The notes under the pieces: generated by a model
Told to the model about the DNA's origin: nothing
The model's database searches: none
What the model saw: only the letters and a program-made list of their open reading frames with translations
DNA from: a virus
Lineage: Duplodnaviria; Caudoviricetes
IMG/VR virus record: IMGVR_UViG_3300032225_001322
Span: 1-64,000 of that record
Direction: 5' to 3' (one strand)
DNA: 64,000 nt
Shown here: positions 1 to 8,215 of the stretch, piece after piece
How positions within the stretch are numbered: the first letter of the stretch is position 1
Layout of the letters: the number at the start of each line of letters is the position of its first letter
Position numbers and translations under genes: made by a program

Positions 1-80
1 GAGTAGATCGCGATATACAGCATCGTCACCCGAGTTAACATGACTGGAATAGAGTCTACGAGCGACGCTGACTATGGTAG

Positions 81-269
81 TCATTGGGCAAATTCCCCAA
101 ACAATAACTTACGCTTATCCACACTTAAATGCAAGTCTAAATTGTGCCTAGCTACATTTAATAAGCCTATTGACAATAATGCTATTTCTTCTGAATCATC
201 ACACATCTGTATCTGTTGATATATGGGCTGTAATAATAGTTCTAAATGATCTTGTAATTGTTTACTCAT
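81..269 (-). CDS. hypothetical protein
   Basis: 62-aa ORF overlapping the end of the upstream ORF in a minus-strand run. Confidence 0.6.
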   Translation of the reverse strand: MSKQLQDHLELLLQPIYQQIQMCDDSEEIALLSIGLLNVARHNLDLHLSVDKRKLLFGEFAQ

Positions 270-444
270 AGCGACCCTTTTTATGCCTGCGACGTTGATT
301 ATACTCTTGATATTCTGTTAAAAAATACATTATAACAAAAATACTCAATGCTACTAATAAAACTATACCTATTAATTGATAAGCCCATTCAATCAAGCTC
401 TTGCTATAGTATGTATAATACCATGTGATACGGTTAATGTCCAT
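262..444 (-). CDS. small membrane protein
   Basis: One hydrophobic segment followed by a basic tail; start abuts the upstream stop. Confidence 0.6.
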   Translation of the reverse strand: MDINRITWYYTYYSKSLIEWAYQLIGIVLLVALSIFVIMYFLTEYQEYNQRRRHKKGRYE

Positions 445-611
445 TATTGCTGATTGTCCTTACTAGTTAAACGATGCCACATGAGTCTTTTTGAATGCTT
501 ACGACCTTGTAAGCGATCCATGATCACAGCTATGACATATGATATAATAGCTATAATATAGAACATGGTCCATCCCAAGTTAACGATGAATCCAATTATA
601 GTGTCTAACAT
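444..611 (-). CDS. small membrane protein (55 aa, MLDTIIGFIVNLGW...; below the ORF-track cutoff)
   Basis: Read manually; ATG lies 7 nt downstream of TTGAAT-N17-TATAAT (647..619); TAATG coupling to the next ORF. Confidence 0.6.
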   Translation of the reverse strand: MLDTIIGFIVNLGWTMFYIIAIISYVIAVIMDRLQGRKHSKRLMWHRLTSKDNQQ

Positions 612-1108
612 AGCTTAAATTATAACATCGTATGAATAAAAATTCAATCATTTTGGGGTCGGTAGTCTAGGGTTCCCGCCCGGTGATATAATAAAGTTGA
701 TTAAATGGCTAATATGTAAGGAAAAGTAAGAAAAGGTAGGAAAATGTTAGATATTATTCGAAATAATAAAGAAAAGTATATGTATAGTGGGTTAGTTATT
801 AAAGAAAAGATTGAATCTTTTCGGTAAGCGCGAGCTATGGAAGAAAGTGTCAAAACCTTCAGTCCTCGGGGCTAGATGGCTAGAAAACGGCTTATACATC
901 GCCCGTTATCACCTTGGCACCAAATCCGTTGCCCGTATCCGTATAGTGTATCCTTATATACTATAGTCCTACCGTGTCCGCCCGGTTATAACACGATGCC
1001 TTATATACCTTATACTAGAGTGGACCGTACTTTCCCTAATCGCCGTGTTTTGACGGACGTTTAAGGGCTTGGCCCGAGGTTCTCGACTCTGCACTGCAGC
1101 GATTCGAC

Positions 1109-1240
1109 TTAGTCCTTAGTAGCAATGACAAGCAATATCAGGGTCAAGCCCACTGCGGCTACAGCGCCGAATCCAGCGAATAATAGTATGGTTAAAAAGC
1201 TGTCAGCGGCTATGGATAAAGCGATATTTACATCTGTCAT
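1109..1240 (-). CDS. small membrane protein (43 aa, MTDVNIALSIAAD...)
   Basis: Read manually; last gene of a tightly coupled small-gene operon at 1109-2154. Confidence 0.55.
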   Translation of the reverse strand: MTDVNIALSIAADSFLTILLFAGFGAVAAVGLTLILLVIATKD

Positions 1241-1241
1241 A

Positions 1242-1412
1242 TTAGCATCCGATCTGGCAACGGAACTGGCCCCGACCGGTATAGGTAGTGGCCTTGTACA
1301 TATTATCTCGATACTCTTTAGGCTGGGGATTGGCCAGGTTATACACTACAGTTCCTGACAGGGCCCCTGCCATGCTAGCCCAGATATAAGCATAGACGAC
1401 GGCTTCTTTCAT
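1242..1412 (-). CDS. small hypothetical protein (56 aa, MKEAVVYAYIW...)
   Basis: Read manually; AAGGAG SD and ATGA overlap with the upstream ORF. Confidence 0.6.
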   Translation of the reverse strand: MKEAVVYAYIWASMAGALSGTVVYNLANPQPKEYRDNMYKATTYTGRGQFRCQIGC

Positions 1413-1582
1413 ACTGGCTCCTTTACGGGGAATCGATCCTGGATCACACGATATGCTTCCATAGTGCGCTCCGAATATAACATGCGGCCATGTCGAGCGA
1501 TATCCTGGATGATTGCCGGACCGGTCCAGCCTACGAATGCCGCTTCTTTATTGATCTGTTTGATGGCAGTTTCTAGCTTCAT
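1409..1582 (-). CDS. small hypothetical protein (57 aa, MKLETAIKQIN...)
   Basis: Read manually; TAATG coupling to the upstream ORF, GAGG SD. Confidence 0.6.
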   Translation of the reverse strand: MKLETAIKQINKEAAFVGWTGPAIIQDIARHGRMLYSERTMEAYRVIQDRFPVKEPV

Positions 1583-1830
1583 TATTCACCTCTATTGTGG
1601 AACACGATGTCACGGACGAACTCACGGTCGGCAGTATCGCCCAGGAACTGAGTATCCGCTAGATCCTTGTACTGAGCAATGGCTTGGACGACTTCCTCGC
1701 GGGTAAAGCCATAAGCATAGATACCATTATCGCCGTAGAACTCTAATGTATAAGCGATGAAACGCTCTTGGGGATCCTCAGGTAAACCCAAGGGAGTCAT
1801 GCCGGGTAGTGCGGATACTTGTGGGGTCAT
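1582..1830 (-). CDS. hypothetical phage protein (likely start MTPQV at 1830)
   Basis: ORF track 1582..1887; start shortened to fit the upstream ORF and a GAGG SD. Confidence 0.65.
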   Translation of the reverse strand: MTPQVSALPGMTPLGLPEDPQERFIAYTLEFYGDNGIYAYGFTREEVVQAIAQYKDLADTQFLGDTADREFVRDIVFHNRGE

Positions 1831-1831
1831 A

Positions 1832-1954
1832 TTATAGTGCCTCGTATAAGTGTGCGAATGTGTCCATGCTAACATAGTCTTTAACATAGATATAGATTAC
1901 ATCAATGCTGTAGCCCTGGCGTTTCATGCGTACGATCTCTGCGTTGACATCCAT
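1832..1954 (-). CDS. small hypothetical protein (40 aa, MDVNAEIVRMK...)
   Basis: Read manually; AAGGAG SD, TAATG coupling. Confidence 0.55.
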   Translation of the reverse strand: MDVNAEIVRMKRQGYSIDVIYIYVKDYVSMDTFAHLYEAL

Positions 1955-2154
1955 TATACTGTCTCCTTGATGAACTGTTGACCCACCACAACTGGGATAG
2001 CTTGGGCGTGGATTTGATCCAGGATTTGCCCGAGGTCTAATACATCGCGGCCGCTGAGGAATGTGCTGCTTCCTTTAACAATCTCCTGCTGTACGGCAAT
2101 GCTTAACAAGCGGGCCTGCTTGCTGCTTAACTGTAATGTGTATTCACTTTTCAT
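1954..2154 (-). CDS. hypothetical early protein (start MKSEY)
   Basis: First gene after a sigma70-like promoter, AAGGAG SD. Confidence 0.65.
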   Translation of the reverse strand: MKSEYTLQLSSKQARLLSIAVQQEIVKGSSTFLSGRDVLDLGQILDQIHAQAIPVVVGQQFIKETV

Positions 2155-2159
2155 TGTGT

Positions 2160-2300
2160 GCTCCTTATTGTTTACTATATACATAGTATAACGCCATAGC
2201 TATTATATGTCAACCAAAACACCAGGTTATGGCATCTGCCTAGGCGGTTAATACGCCACGCCTACTCTTATTATACTATCTTTCAGAGCTTTTGTCAACC
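2160..2300 (-). promoter_or_regulatory. two tandem sigma70-like early promoters (GGTTGACA-N17-TATACT / TATAAT) plus RBS
   Basis: Near-consensus -35/-10 pairs at about 2185-2215 and 2270-2300. Confidence 0.75.
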
Positions 2301-2649
2301 GGCCTAGGCTTGATTCGTAGCGTATAAACAACGGTTTTTAACCCCCGAAAACAGCCCCTAAAATGGGGCCCGTTCTAGCTCCAAGATAGCTCCAGGGTTG
2401 ACACCGTGAAATCGGCGAGGTGGGGGTGGGGGGTCTAGGAACTAGGGGTACCCCCGGTAGGTCTATTAAGCTACAATACAAACACTAAAGTGGGAAAAGG
2501 CGTCGGTTAAAACCGCGTAAAAAATTTGCCTTTATACCCCGACCCCCAGGTCTAGAAACTTCGGTCGAGAAAAATATGGGCATTCAAAAAATTGCACAAA
2601 AATTTTTTTTATCTTCTATGCATATAGACCGGGTGGTAAATATACGCCT

Positions 2650-3093
2650 ATGTTCTATATCTTGACCTTTCTCGGGTGGACACTATATCTATACTGCCTA
2701 CACCGTGTAGCACACTCTGGACTAATACCCTTTTTACGGCGAGCTCACATGGCACATCATGCCCAAATAAGACAGAATGGGACTACTCACTGGCATTGGA
2801 CTAACATGTTCCTATTCACTGATACATGGGCAGTTACTAGGGATATGTGGGTCACAGAGATCATACCCACCGTAGTATTTGCTCAAGTGTTTGATTGTTA
2901 TTGGTTGCTGGCCGTATACTATGTGTGGGCTGCTTTCTTACAAGAGCCCCTAGAGCATAGGCAGGGTTTACGCATATATCCCTTTACCATGGGTTCTTGG
3001 CACTTACAGCATCATAAGGATGTATATAGTAACTACGGATTGTTCTTACCCACTTGGGATCGTTTGTTTGGCACAGAAGCTAAAGTAGACTAG
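2650..3093 (+). CDS. fatty acid hydroxylase / sterol desaturase family membrane protein
   Basis: His boxes HRVAH, HMAHH, EH and HLQHH, plus C-terminal NYG...WDRLFGT. Confidence 0.85.
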   Translation: MFYILTFLGWTLYLYCLHRVAHSGLIPFLRRAHMAHHAQIRQNGTTHWHWTNMFLFTDTWAVTRDMWVTEIIPTVVFAQVFDCYWLLAVYYVWAAFLQEPLEHRQGLRIYPFTMGSWHLQHHKDVYSNYGLFLPTWDRLFGTEAKVD

Positions 3094-3095
3094 AG

Positions 3096-3123
3096 CTTTC
3101 TAACGTGCTGCGCTTCGCGCTGG
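3096..3123. repeat. 28-bp direct repeat, copy 1 (ctttctaacgtgctgcgcttcgcgctgg)
   Basis: Identical to 5615..5642. Confidence 0.9.
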
Positions 3124-3207
3124 GTTTTCTGGTTCAATAGCGGCCGGGCTAGTTATTTTTCATCACATGTCTATACTAGTAAATAATCCCATAACAAGGA
3201 TATATTA

Positions 3208-4002
3208 ATGTATTTTGAAAACTTTTACGAAGAGATTGGTCAGTTTGATGAAAGTATTTTAACTGATTTTAAGCAGAACTTATTCAATGTAGATTTATCG
3301 GATCCTTTATTAAATAGACCCGAGTATTGCTTTAGAGATGGGGGACGCTTGATACTGCCCATGAACTTTGCCGAAGTGATGAATGAGGAGTATTATCCCT
3401 ATGTGGAACCATTGATCCAGATGATTCAAGCAACAGGGCATCCTTGTTTGTCTAATACAGTACCATATAGAGTAGAGATCAGTATAATTCGACCTGGCAA
3501 GGGTGTACTGTGGCACCAGGATCAACATGTATGCCACAAGTTCTCCGAACGTATACATGTACCTATTATAACCAACGATAGTGTAGAGTTTATGAGCAAG
3601 TGGTTTCTAGAGGATCGTGCTTATAAGTTTAAAATGCAGCCCGGGCATATATACCGTTATAATAACCGTGTAACACACACCGTCAAGAATCCCTCTGATC
3701 AGTTTAGATGCCATGTCATAGTGGACTTTATACATAAAAATGTCTTGGATTATTTTTTAAACACTGGGGCGGAAAGGTTAACCAGTAATGTCACTGTAAC
3801 TCCTGTTGATGAGATCTATTACATGGTCAATCATCAACCCCGGGGAGTTGAAGTGGCCGAGCTCACTGCAGATGATCAAGAACAGTTGGACACTATGAAA
3901 GATTACTACTTACTTAGGCAAGATCCCAGGGCCGATCGCAAGAGCTTTACTCCCGAACAGGCTGCCCGTCTAGATCGATTAAACGCTATAAAGAACTATT
4001 AA
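3208..4002 (+). CDS. aspartyl/asparaginyl beta-hydroxylase-like 2OG-Fe(II) dioxygenase
   Basis: HQD...RIHVPIITN...NN..TH.V.N...R.H.I.D pattern. Confidence 0.8.
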   Translation: MYFENFYEEIGQFDESILTDFKQNLFNVDLSDPLLNRPEYCFRDGGRLILPMNFAEVMNEEYYPYVEPLIQMIQATGHPCLSNTVPYRVEISIIRPGKGVLWHQDQHVCHKFSERIHVPIITNDSVEFMSKWFLEDRAYKFKMQPGHIYRYNNRVTHTVKNPSDQFRCHVIVDFIHKNVLDYFLNTGAERLTSNVTVTPVDEIYYMVNHQPRGVEVAELTADDQEQLDTMKDYYLLRQDPRADRKSFTPEQAARLDRLNAIKNY

Positions 4003-4003
4003 T

Positions 4004-4813
4004 ATGGAAGATTTTGTCAACGAACGCTTGGAATTACTGTTAGAAGATCAGATAGTCAGGGTAAGTTTTAATGAGGTATTCGTAGAAGAAGCTCGTTATA
4101 TAAAACGCACTTGCCTGGCCAACGACTTGGTCAAGGTCGTGGACTTTGGATCGTGGTGTGGGATATTAGCGCAGGAGGTATTTGATACTGGTTTGGTCCT
4201 GGAAAATTATCACTTGGTGGATGCCGTGCCCTACTACATGAACCGGGCTGTATCCTTGTTGCACAATCGGCCTATTACCCACGAAACAGTGACCTTGCTA
4301 CCACCTAGCTATGACCGACCAGCTCCTGAATTCATGCTGGTCCATCCCTATGATACGCTGAACACTAGTAGTCTTTACTCCGAGCTTTTTTTAAGGGAAT
4401 ATGTTAAACGTTCATCCATACAAGTTCCCTTGGCTCGATCCCGGGGAGTAGTCGATTATATACATTCAAACTTGGACAAGTTCGGTCCGGATTCATATGT
4501 CAAGATAGACTTGGATGGCGTGGACATCGAATTCGTCGCCGAGATATTGAAAGCCGAATTACAGCCAGGTGCCATACATTTTGAAGTTTGGAATAACATG
4601 CGACCTGGGTATGCCAAGCTAGCAGAAGCATTGGCCCAACGGGGTTATTGCGTACCCACTGCAGATTTAAATCAGCATAGAAACTATAGTGTGGGAGTCA
4701 GTCGAAACTACTGGTGGGCTGTGGGCTATGATGTTGCTGCGGGACAGTATAACTTTACCTACTATGATCAGGATCACGGCACAGAAGCAGTGGTCTTAGA
4801 CGCCCCACTTTAG
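4004..4813 (+). CDS. FkbM-like SAM-dependent methyltransferase
   Basis: VVDFGSWCG motif I and YVKIDLDGVD (FkbM KIDvEG-like) motif. Confidence 0.7.
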   Translation: MEDFVNERLELLLEDQIVRVSFNEVFVEEARYIKRTCLANDLVKVVDFGSWCGILAQEVFDTGLVLENYHLVDAVPYYMNRAVSLLHNRPITHETVTLLPPSYDRPAPEFMLVHPYDTLNTSSLYSELFLREYVKRSSIQVPLARSRGVVDYIHSNLDKFGPDSYVKIDLDGVDIEFVAEILKAELQPGAIHFEVWNNMRPGYAKLAEALAQRGYCVPTADLNQHRNYSVGVSRNYWWAVGYDVAAGQYNFTYYDQDHGTEAVVLDAPL

Positions 4814-5038
4814 TCTTATTAGCAAGGCCTCGTGTTCACTGTCTACATCCAAGTACCACGAAGTCATCTGTCGTTTCCAAGTGTCATCAGGGTTTATGGG
4901 TCTGAGTTCACTGTATATACGCCAACCCTCACCCCCAACTTGATTGTGCAGCCAATACATACGCTTGCTGATTGTACGACTACAATATTCAGCTAGGTCT
5001 ACTCTATTAGTAGACTCGGGTATAGTCAGTAGGGTCAT
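4796..5038 (-). CDS. hypothetical protein
   Basis: Coupled ORF; ends LRLKW-like, as does the 14198..14425 product (FKLKW). Confidence 0.6.
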   Translation of the reverse strand: MTLLTIPESTNRVDLAEYCSRTISKRMYWLHNQVGGEGWRIYSELRPINPDDTWKRQMTSWYLDVDSEHEALLIRLKWGV

Positions 5039-5343
5039 CCGAAGAACTTGTCCAAGAGTATGGGTATATTCTGTACGTCTTCTTCAGTGCGTATGTACAT
5101 GTCATCCCTATTTGTACCCGGCACCTGCTCAAATTTATAATCCCATACAGCTAGTCTAATAGCTGTTTCCCTATTAGTACGTATGGGGTATACTCTTATT
5201 TCTTTACCATTGATAAAGATATCTGAATATAGTGCTTCGCCTGCTGTCATAGTCCCCCATCCACCCGTTGTGAGTACATGGAATACCCAGGCGTCACCAA
5301 AGTACTGTTCTACTCGTTGTTTGACTAGTTCGCTAGTTGCCAT
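5035..5343 (-). CDS. hypothetical protein
   Basis: Overlapping start/stop within the operon. Confidence 0.65.
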   Translation of the reverse strand: MATSELVKQRVEQYFGDAWVFHVLTTGGWGTMTAGEALYSDIFINGKEIRVYPIRTNRETAIRLAVWDYKFEQVPGTNRDDMYIRTEEDVQNIPILLDKFFG

Positions 5344-5608
5344 TTTTGAGCAGGAACATGGTCAAGGCAGGCGGTAGTGTGTCACCCAGTAATATAGTTC
5401 TTTTAGGCTCAATTAAGGTTATCCAAGGACTAGTCACCATTTGGCCATTGAACATGTGCCGGTACTTGTAGTGTATCTTCACACGGCACTTAGTCAGTTT
5501 GGTAACAGTACCTATTTTAACACCTTTGAGATAGCTACTTGTAAACGCTATGGGCTGGCCCACTTGGATAGGTTGGTCTAGACTATCTCTATGTTCGTAA
5601 GTTTTCAT
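5333..5608 (-). CDS. hypothetical protein (SH3/KOW-like beta pattern)
   Basis: D..GQPI.VG..I...G.V.K.T..RV.I pattern; ATGA overlap. Confidence 0.65.
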   Translation of the reverse strand: MKTYEHRDSLDQPIQVGQPIAFTSSYLKGVKIGTVTKLTKCRVKIHYKYRHMFNGQMVTSPWITLIEPKRTILLGDTLPPALTMFLLKNGN

Positions 5609-6111
5609 TGGTCACTTTCTAACGTGCTGCGCTTCGCGCTGGTTTCTCTAGTATAATTGGCGCCCGGGGTCAAATAATCCTTGTTCTTCATAGTCTTGAT
5701 CCTATGGCAACGGCAACAACGGGTTCTAATGTTTTGGGCAGAGTCCTCGCCGCCATCGCTTTTCAAGTGTAAATGGTCGCCTTCTAGTGTAGCTCGCATA
5801 CAAGCTAGTTTATGGAACTCGTCTTCTATATCATCAAATGCGGGGTCAACGCGAGGATCATAACCGCAATCCTCGCACACCCAACCGCGATAAAATGTAT
5901 GGGGTCTATCGGACTTACCCATACCACCGTATTCAGTTAATTCTAGTTGATGAACACGGCAGTACAGATCTTCGCCAGGACCTTCAAACAAAGTCAAATC
6001 ATTGTCGCAATCAATTAACTTACACTTGCATTGCCGTTTAAATTGCTCGGCAAGTACGCTGGGGCCTTTGCGACTATCTTTGTTAAAATCACGCAACTTG
6101 CTCATTACCAC
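5605..6111 (-). CDS. HNH-type endonuclease
   Basis: CEDC ... EGDH...DGG.D...N....C..CH..KT zinc-HNH signature. Confidence 0.8.
   Translation of the reverse strand: MVMSKLRDFNKDSRKGPSVLAEQFKRQCKCKLIDCDNDLTLFEGPGEDLYCRVHQLELTEYGGMGKSDRPHTFYRGWVCEDCGYDPRVDPAFDDIEDEFHKLACMRATLEGDHLHLKSDGGEDSAQNIRTRCCRCHRIKTMKNKDYLTPGANYTRETSAKRSTLESDQ
5615..5642. repeat. 28-bp direct repeat, copy 2
   Basis: Identical to 3096..3123; lies within the 3' end of the HNH ORF. Confidence 0.9.
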
Positions 6112-7259
6112 AGATCCTTTTTATTAACAGTAAAGCCGTTGTTAGCAGAATAACTAGGAGTTTTTAACTTAGTGCTCTTTTTAAGTTGGGCTAGCAAGAA
6201 AGGAATACCTGTACGCATTTCTGATGTAAAGCCACGGATAATAACTTCGCCTTTCTCGTTATATTCAAGCGAGCCAGCATTTGCTCGGCAATACCAAGAT
6301 TCGTATGCTGTCCTAACCTTAGCCCAAAATGGACCATTGGGATCAAAGTCTGCTCCAAAGTTATCTCGAGTAAATGCCACAAACTCAAGCAAGTATTCAT
6401 CATCAACTGTAATATCTTGCTCATGGCACAGGTTAAAATATTCGTATAACTGGCGAGCTTCTTTAGGTTCTACACTACGCTCTTGATTTAAGAATGTCCA
6501 GTATCTAGTAAACATACGAGTCACTTCTGGATCTTTACGATTCTTTGCGCTCTTGCTCATTAGCGTATCAGCTAATAGTGTAAAAGCGCCAATTTGGTCA
6601 TCGTCGCCAAACTTAGCATGAGTAGCAAATAATCCAGCGGCGGCCAAGTAATCGTTTTTAAGTGCCACATCGGTCCATTCTTTATCAGTCGCACCATCGA
6701 CTTTGGCACCATATACCATTTGCTTGTACTTGTCAATAAAATCAAGTTCTTCGTTAGCTTCGCCGTTGAGTAAAATAAAATTACGGCGAATTTCTAATTT
6801 ATGTTTAACATTATAAATGACTACCGGGATTAATATTTTGGCCGTTTGCTCGCCAAACACTTTAGTAAGGATAATGTATAAACTAATTGCGGTGTGTTGT
6901 CCGTCCCAGGCAATATAATAACCAGGTTTGTTTTCATCTACATAGACTTGGATAGCCATGGTCATTGTACTACGGAAATGTTGTAGAATATTTAATATAT
7001 GACGCATACTAAGACTGCGTTGCATAGTAGTGTCGATTAAAATCTTATCCATGGGAACTGGAATTGCTTCGCATAGTTTTAGGTCAGCAAATCGCTTCCA
7101 ATGTTTATTTCTGCGTTTGAATTCATCTACCATACCTGCCAACTGACCGGCAAAAATAGGTGCTTGTTTAAGTGCTGAGTTTAAACGATCCTGTAAAGTC
7201 ACAAAATGACTAGTGGATTTTAGATATTGCTCGTTGATGAGCTGTGCGTGAGTTTTCAT
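6105..7259 (-). CDS. ParB/Srx-fold (DGQHR/DndB-like) protein
   Basis: ID.TMQR.L...HI..I ... WDGQHT ... F..LN motifs typical of DGQHR-domain proteins. Confidence 0.7.
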   Translation of the reverse strand: MKTHAQLINEQYLKSTSHFVTLQDRLNSALKQAPIFAGQLAGMVDEFKRRNKHWKRFADLKLCEAIPVPMDKILIDTTMQRSLSMRHILNILQHFRSTMTMAIQVYVDENKPGYYIAWDGQHTAISLYIILTKVFGEQTAKILIPVVIYNVKHKLEIRRNFILLNGEANEELDFIDKYKQMVYGAKVDGATDKEWTDVALKNDYLAAAGLFATHAKFGDDDQIGAFTLLADTLMSKSAKNRKDPEVTRMFTRYWTFLNQERSVEPKEARQLYEYFNLCHEQDITVDDEYLLEFVAFTRDNFGADFDPNGPFWAKVRTAYESWYCRANAGSLEYNEKGEVIIRGFTSEMRTGIPFLLAQLKKSTKLKTPSYSANNGFTVNKKDLW

Positions 7260-7274
7260 AATTCTCCTTTAAAC

Positions 7275-7312
7275 GGGCTTCTCTTGCCCTAAGTTGCGGT
7301 CTTCTCTTGACC
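7275..7312 (-). promoter_or_regulatory. twin RNA hairpins (loop AAGAGAA) directly upstream of the SD; putative translational operator
   Basis: GGUC-AAGAGAA-GACC and GGGC-AAGAGAA-GCCC: identical loops with a compensatory stem change. Confidence 0.65.
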
Positions 7313-7397
7313 TAATAATGATCTAGCGGAATTACTTTATCATTACAATAATAATAACACTTATATAATTTATTGTCAAACTATTTTGGCAAACAAC

Positions 7398-7415
7398 AAA
7401 GCCCCTTGCGGGGCC
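7398..7415 (-). terminator. intrinsic terminator
   Basis: GCCCC-GCAA-GGGGC followed by TTTGTTGTTT on the minus strand. Confidence 0.65.
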
Positions 7416-7515
7416 TCGTTGTCCTAGTGCTTGGTTCCAAGTCTAGGGTCTTGGATAGTAACCCCATGTGACCAATATGGGCACCCAACCAAACTTGGAT
7501 GTTTTAGGGAGCGGT

Positions 7516-7749
7516 CTAGATTAAATATACAGTAAAGGCCCGGGCGTGTCGTTTAAGGGTATGACGATTATCTGTACCAATCCTGGGACCACGAAAGCGG
7601 ATCCTTGTCCTATATCCTAGACTCTTTATCTGATGTCTAGTCTCTTCTAGTTGACTGATTGGTACATGGGCTAGGTTACGGTCAACGATATCGTTATACA
7701 GTTGCCCATATCCAGCGATAAACGCCGCTACTTTTAATTCTTTAAACAA
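7516..7749 (-). CDS. hypothetical protein
   Basis: 77-aa basic ORF (TTG start) following the upstream stop. Confidence 0.55.
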   Translation of the reverse strand: MFKELKVAAFIAGYGQLYNDIVDRNLAHVPISQLEETRHQIKSLGYRTRIRFRGPRIGTDNRHTLKRHARAFTVYLI

Positions 7750-7750
7750 G

Positions 7751-8152
7751 TTATTCGCCGTCGTAGCTCAAATGAGCATGGGCTTTATTCCAAGCATCAC
7801 GAACCTTACGAGCTTGAGCCGTGGTCATCGCTTCACTTACTTCAATCTGTTTGCCAGTAAGTTGTTGAATGGCCTTGGGTGGAACTTTAATTACTACAGT
7901 ATTTTTCTTAACCGTGGCACCGCGGGCCTTACCAACCAACAAATTAGTAATTTCAGTACGACCATTATCAAAGTTACGTACCAGCAATTCTTTAATAGCA
8001 GAATCTTTGTCCTGGGGTTTAGTCAGTTTAATCATTTCAACTTCTGTATGGCCAACCTTAACCAAGTGTAAAAATCTAGCATCTGAAGTTGTGAAACGCA
8101 ATTTAAGTTCACCGTTTAATCTGCTAACACCTGCGTATGTAAATTGTTTCAT
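7751..8152 (-). CDS. hypothetical early protein
   Basis: Own sigma70-like promoter and AAGGAG SD. Confidence 0.75.
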   Translation of the reverse strand: MKQFTYAGVSRLNGELKLRFTTSDARFLHLVKVGHTEVEMIKLTKPQDKDSAIKELLVRNFDNGRTEITNLLVGKARGATVKKNTVVIKVPPKAIQQLTGKQIEVSEAMTTAQARKVRDAWNKAHAHLSYDGE

Positions 8153-8215
8153 TTATTGCTCCTTTTTGTTAACTATAGAACTATTATATGATAAATTGGA
8201 TTTGTTGTCAACCGA

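Noticed and set aside
876-1706. Plus-strand ORFs 876..1064, 1125..1358 and 1464..1706
   Set aside because: No SD or recognisable motifs; the latter two are antisense to a well-coupled minus-strand small-gene operon
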